A DNA stretch of 64,000 nucleotides. Origin: Naegleria gruberi. Lineage: Eukaryota. Below, piece by piece: positions 63,721 through 64,000 of the stretch (position 1 is the first letter of the stretch; each line of letters opens with the position of its first letter). Both the position numbers and the translations under genes were made by a program. The DNA is taken from the NCBI GenBank assembly GCA_000004985.1, contig GG738897.1. The stretch is one strand, 5' to 3'. The notes under the pieces are model-generated. The model worked only from the letters and a program-made list of their open reading frames with translations. It was not told where the DNA came from and searched no databases.

Positions 63721-64000
63721 ATTATGAGGATAAACTAGTATTGTTGGAATGTGTCAGGAATTGTAGAAGTGAGTTTGATTTTTTACCTGAAAAGTTCAAG
63801 AATGATAGAGAAATACTTCTTGCTTTCAAGTCTTCTATTGTTGGTTGTTTGGTGCAATATATTACTCCAACATATTCGAATCATGAGGAGGATTTTCCTG
63901 GTTGTGTGAAATTGAATGATTTCATTAATTCCATCAATGTAACCTGCCAATATAGCAAATATCCTTATCCTTCAATAGCTCTGAATCTGCAATTTGACAT
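63721..64000 (+). CDS. DUF4116-like repeat protein, partial. It continues beyond the window end.
   Basis: The frame after a CCTTTAG acceptor reads LDYEDKLVLLECVRNCRSEFDFLPEKFKNDREILLAFKSSIVGCLVQYITP.... It carries the same [KN]DREI[LV]LxA motif as the 24965 gene. The 5' exon or exons were not resolved. Confidence 0.3.

Noticed and set aside
1-64000. Alternative genetic code (ciliate-like TAA/TAG = Gln) as an explanation for the in-frame stop in NDH-2.
   Set aside because: Conserved genes such as the METTL3-like gene terminate at TAA exactly where homologues end. Long ORFs are bounded by all three stops, so the code is standard.
1-64000. CRISPR arrays, rRNA genes, transposase or reverse-transcriptase ORFs.
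   Set aside because: No direct-repeat/spacer arrays, no rRNA-like conserved stretches and no RT or transposase motifs were seen in any long ORF.

Overview
This 64 kb window is eukaryotic nuclear DNA, AT-rich (roughly one-third GC by eye) and gene-dense, with about 45 genes, several of them split by short GT..AG introns. Where I could inspect a start or stop, standard codons apply (for example, the METTL3-like gene ends at TAA after the conserved C-terminal GNEL). Most genes are single-exon. About a quarter are interrupted by 1-3 introns of roughly 35-90 nt with GTAAGT or GTATGT donors and TAG or CAG acceptors. The supplied ORF track translates TTG and GTG as 'M', so many listed 'starts' are really internal exon starts. 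I therefore re-derived several exon junctions by hand and checked each against frame phase and conserved motifs.

The gene content points to a heterolobosean-like amoeboflagellate (Naegleria-like). The evidence is many F-box/LRR and ribonuclease-inhibitor-like LRR genes, RCC1-like repeats, DUF4116-like repeat proteins, 7TM-RGS proteins and short introns. This assignment is an inference from gene content, not proven.

Recognisable genes:
- an EPHX-like epoxide hydrolase in 3 exons
- a MARCH-type RING-CH E3 ligase in 4 exons
- an HDAC11-like deacetylase in 2 exons
- a METTL3/IME4-like MT-A70 m6A methyltransferase
- a type-II NADH dehydrogenase (NDI1-like)
- a NUDT14-like Nudix hydrolase
- a saccharopine-dehydrogenase-like oxidoreductase
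- an HP1-like chromodomain protein
- a GAL4-type Zn2Cys6 transcription factor whose zinc cluster is split by an intron
- two RGS-domain proteins, one fused to a 7TM domain
- a tRNA-Glu(CUC) gene and two identical tRNA-His(GUG) genes

The most unusual features:
- The tRNA-His pair is an inverted duplication bracketing a 5.4 kb segment. That segment carries a vWA(MIDAS)–IRG/dynamin-like GTPase fusion gene, a DMT-type transporter and a coiled-coil protein. A bidirectional promoter inside it holds five AACGTG motifs.
- An in-frame TAA stop interrupts an otherwise conserved NDH-2 reading frame.
- The Zn2Cys6 factor has an HSE-like GAAnnTTC array upstream.
- A probable large P-loop (STAND-like) NTPase gene has been fragmented by the ORF track.
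- A 2.6 kb ORF-poor block contains perfect palindromes.

No rRNA, CRISPR or clear mobile element was seen.
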